Positions 62,197 through 64,000 of a DNA stretch of 64,000 nt are shown one piece after another. How positions within the stretch are numbered: position 1 is the stretch's first letter; every line of letters begins with the position of its first letter. A program made the position numbers and the translations under genes. The notes under the pieces were generated by a model. That model was not told the origin of the DNA, did not search any database, and saw only the letters and a program-made list of their open reading frames with translations. Source of the stretch: Anaeramoeba ignava BMAN (taxonomy: Eukaryota; Protista; Anaeramoebae); assembly GCA_028826165.1 (NCBI GenBank), contig JAPDFW010000064.1, positions 310,001 to 374,000 on the forward strand, in the 5' to 3' direction.

Positions 62197-64000
62197 ATGA
62201 AAATTTTCTTTTTAATATTTTTAATTTTGTTTGCTTTCGCTATTGAACAAGATTATGTTATTGGTCCGCATGGAATTTCTGTTCATAAATCTTGTGTTCA
62301 TCATGTTACTTCTGGTTCACATGTAAGAACATTAGATGATGGGTCAATTATTGTTGAATATAAAGGAGATATAAAACCAATACCAAAATGTGAATATCCT
62401 TATAAATTTATACGAAACAATAAAAGAGAAAAGGGAGTTGGTGCAGATTTTTATGGTTGGCAAGTTTGGGCGTAAGTTTTACTTAATGAATAAATTTTTT
62501 GCTTTTTTTTTTTAAAAATAAAAAAATTAAATAAAAAAATTAAATAAAAAAATTAAATAAAAAATTAAATAAAAATTAATTAAAATTTTAATTCATTTAG
62601 AACATATGAAGAACCAAATCAAAAAAGTTTTGATGTATTCACAGATATTATGACTATTCCTTCTAATCCTCCTGGTTTTGAAGATGGAATTATTTACCTT
62701 TTCCCTGGTTTGCAAAATTATGATTGGATTCCTACAGATAATGGTCCAGATCCTCCAGATGATTTTGATATTATTCAAGTAATTTGTTTATTAATTCAAT
62801 TTTCTAAAATAATTTTAATTTTAACTTTATTTTTATTTTTATTTTTATTTTTATTTTATAGCCAGGTATATCTAGATTTATAAAAAGAAATTTCAGAACT
62901 TTCATTAAAATTTAAATTGAATTGATTTATAAGATTAAAATTAAAATTAAAATTAAAATTAAAATTAAAATTAAAATTAAAATTTAAACTAAAATTAATT
63001 TATAAAATTAAAATTAAAATTAAAAATTAAAATTAATATTAAAATTAAAATTAAAATTAAAATTAAAATTAAAATCAAAATTAAAATTAAAATTAAAATT
63101 AAAATTAAAATTAAAATTCATTTATAAAATTAAAATTAAAATTAAATTCATTTATAAAATCAAAATTATAATTTAAAATTAAAATTAAAATTAAAAATTA
63201 AAATTTAAATTAAAATTAAAATTAAAATTTAAATTAAAATTAAAATTAAAATTTAAATTAAAATTAAAATTTAAATTAAAATTCATTTATAAAATTAAAA
63301 TTAAAATCCATTTATAAAATTAAAATTAAAATTAAAATTAAAATTAAAATTCAAATTAAAATCAAAATTAAAATAATTAAAATTAAAATTAAAATTAAAA
63401 TTAATTTATAAAATTAAAATTAAAATTAAAATTAAAATCAAAATTAAAATTAAAATTAAAATTAAAATTAAAATTAAAATTAAAATTAAAATTAAAATTA
63501 AAATTTAAATTAAAATTCATTTATAAAATTAAAATTAAAATTCATTTATAAAATTAAAATTAAAGTTCTTCAATATGGAGAAACACCAGCAGGAGGAGGA
63601 AATTATTGGGCAGTAGCATCATGGTATGTAACAGTATATTCAGGATATTTAGTAGCAGATTTACTTCCTGTATCACCAGGGAACAAAATTATTTGCAACA
63701 TGACACATTTAGGACAAGGTTCCGAAAAATGGTTTATAGGAGCAACCGTTGAATCAACAGGAAGAACATCAAATTTAGAAGTTTCAAAACCAAGACTTGT
63801 TTCTCAATCATGGGCTTATATTGCTTTGGAAACATATTATTTGGATGGTTGTGATTCTTATCCTCAAACTCCTATTACTTTCACTTCTAATAAATTGTTT
63901 GCTGAAAATAAAAATTTAACTCCTAATTGGGTCGCTCATGCTCAACATAATCCAACTAATTGTGGTGAAAAAGCTAATATTCAATCTCCTGATTCAGTTT
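62197..64000 (+). CDS. Secreted protein paralog 2 (runs off the window end)
   Basis: Exons 62197-62471, 62601-62778, 62862-62865, 63566-64000+. Same motifs as paralog 1. Confidence 0.72.
62862..62865 (+). other. 4-nt microexon CCAG (paralog 2)
   Basis: ttttatag|CCAG|gtatat; restores DIIQPVLQYG. Confidence 0.85.
62930..63562. repeat. Intronic (AAATTA)n satellite
   Basis: Fills intron 3 of paralog 2. Confidence 0.9.

Noticed and set aside
1-64000. Inteins/Hint domains, transposases, AT-AC introns or an alternative genetic code
   Set aside because: None recognised. All genes model with GT-AG introns and standard stops.

Overview
Extremely AT-rich, gene-dense eukaryotic nuclear DNA (standard code, GT-AG introns). 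The composition and the poly-NQ/NE tracts suggest an amoeboid anaerobic protist such as Anaeramoeba, but this is unverified. About 22 protein-coding genes can be assembled by manual splicing: a Pmp-like beta-helix/multi-TM surface protein, Sin3-like, HMG-box, FNIP, SARNP/Tho1-like, PPAT, DnaJB, a plastin-derived chimera, BUD23, CSN6, COMMD1, RPN1, TM2D, two repeated-PH-like proteins, a pseudokinase-like gene, a GPR137/TOM1-like 7TM gene head-to-head with a G-alpha, a phytol/dolichol-kinase-DUF92 fusion, WDR70 and two tandem secreted paralogs. Main findings: (1) a frame-essential 4-nt microexon (CCAG) conserved in both secreted paralogs; (2) introns of 60-110 nt coexisting with 0.4-1.8 kb introns, each filled by its own short tandem repeat, with reciprocal expansion in the paralogs; (3) an intronless, prokaryote-style two-step prenol kinase fusion; (4) a strand-oriented TCATTTTT initiator-like element upstream of most genes and a dispersed TGTTCCACTTTTT motif; (5) an EF-hand/CH-CH/28-aa-repeat/coiled-coil/PH cytoskeletal chimera. 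Several 1-nt frameshifts look like assembly errors. No rRNA, tRNA, CRISPR or transposon was recognised.
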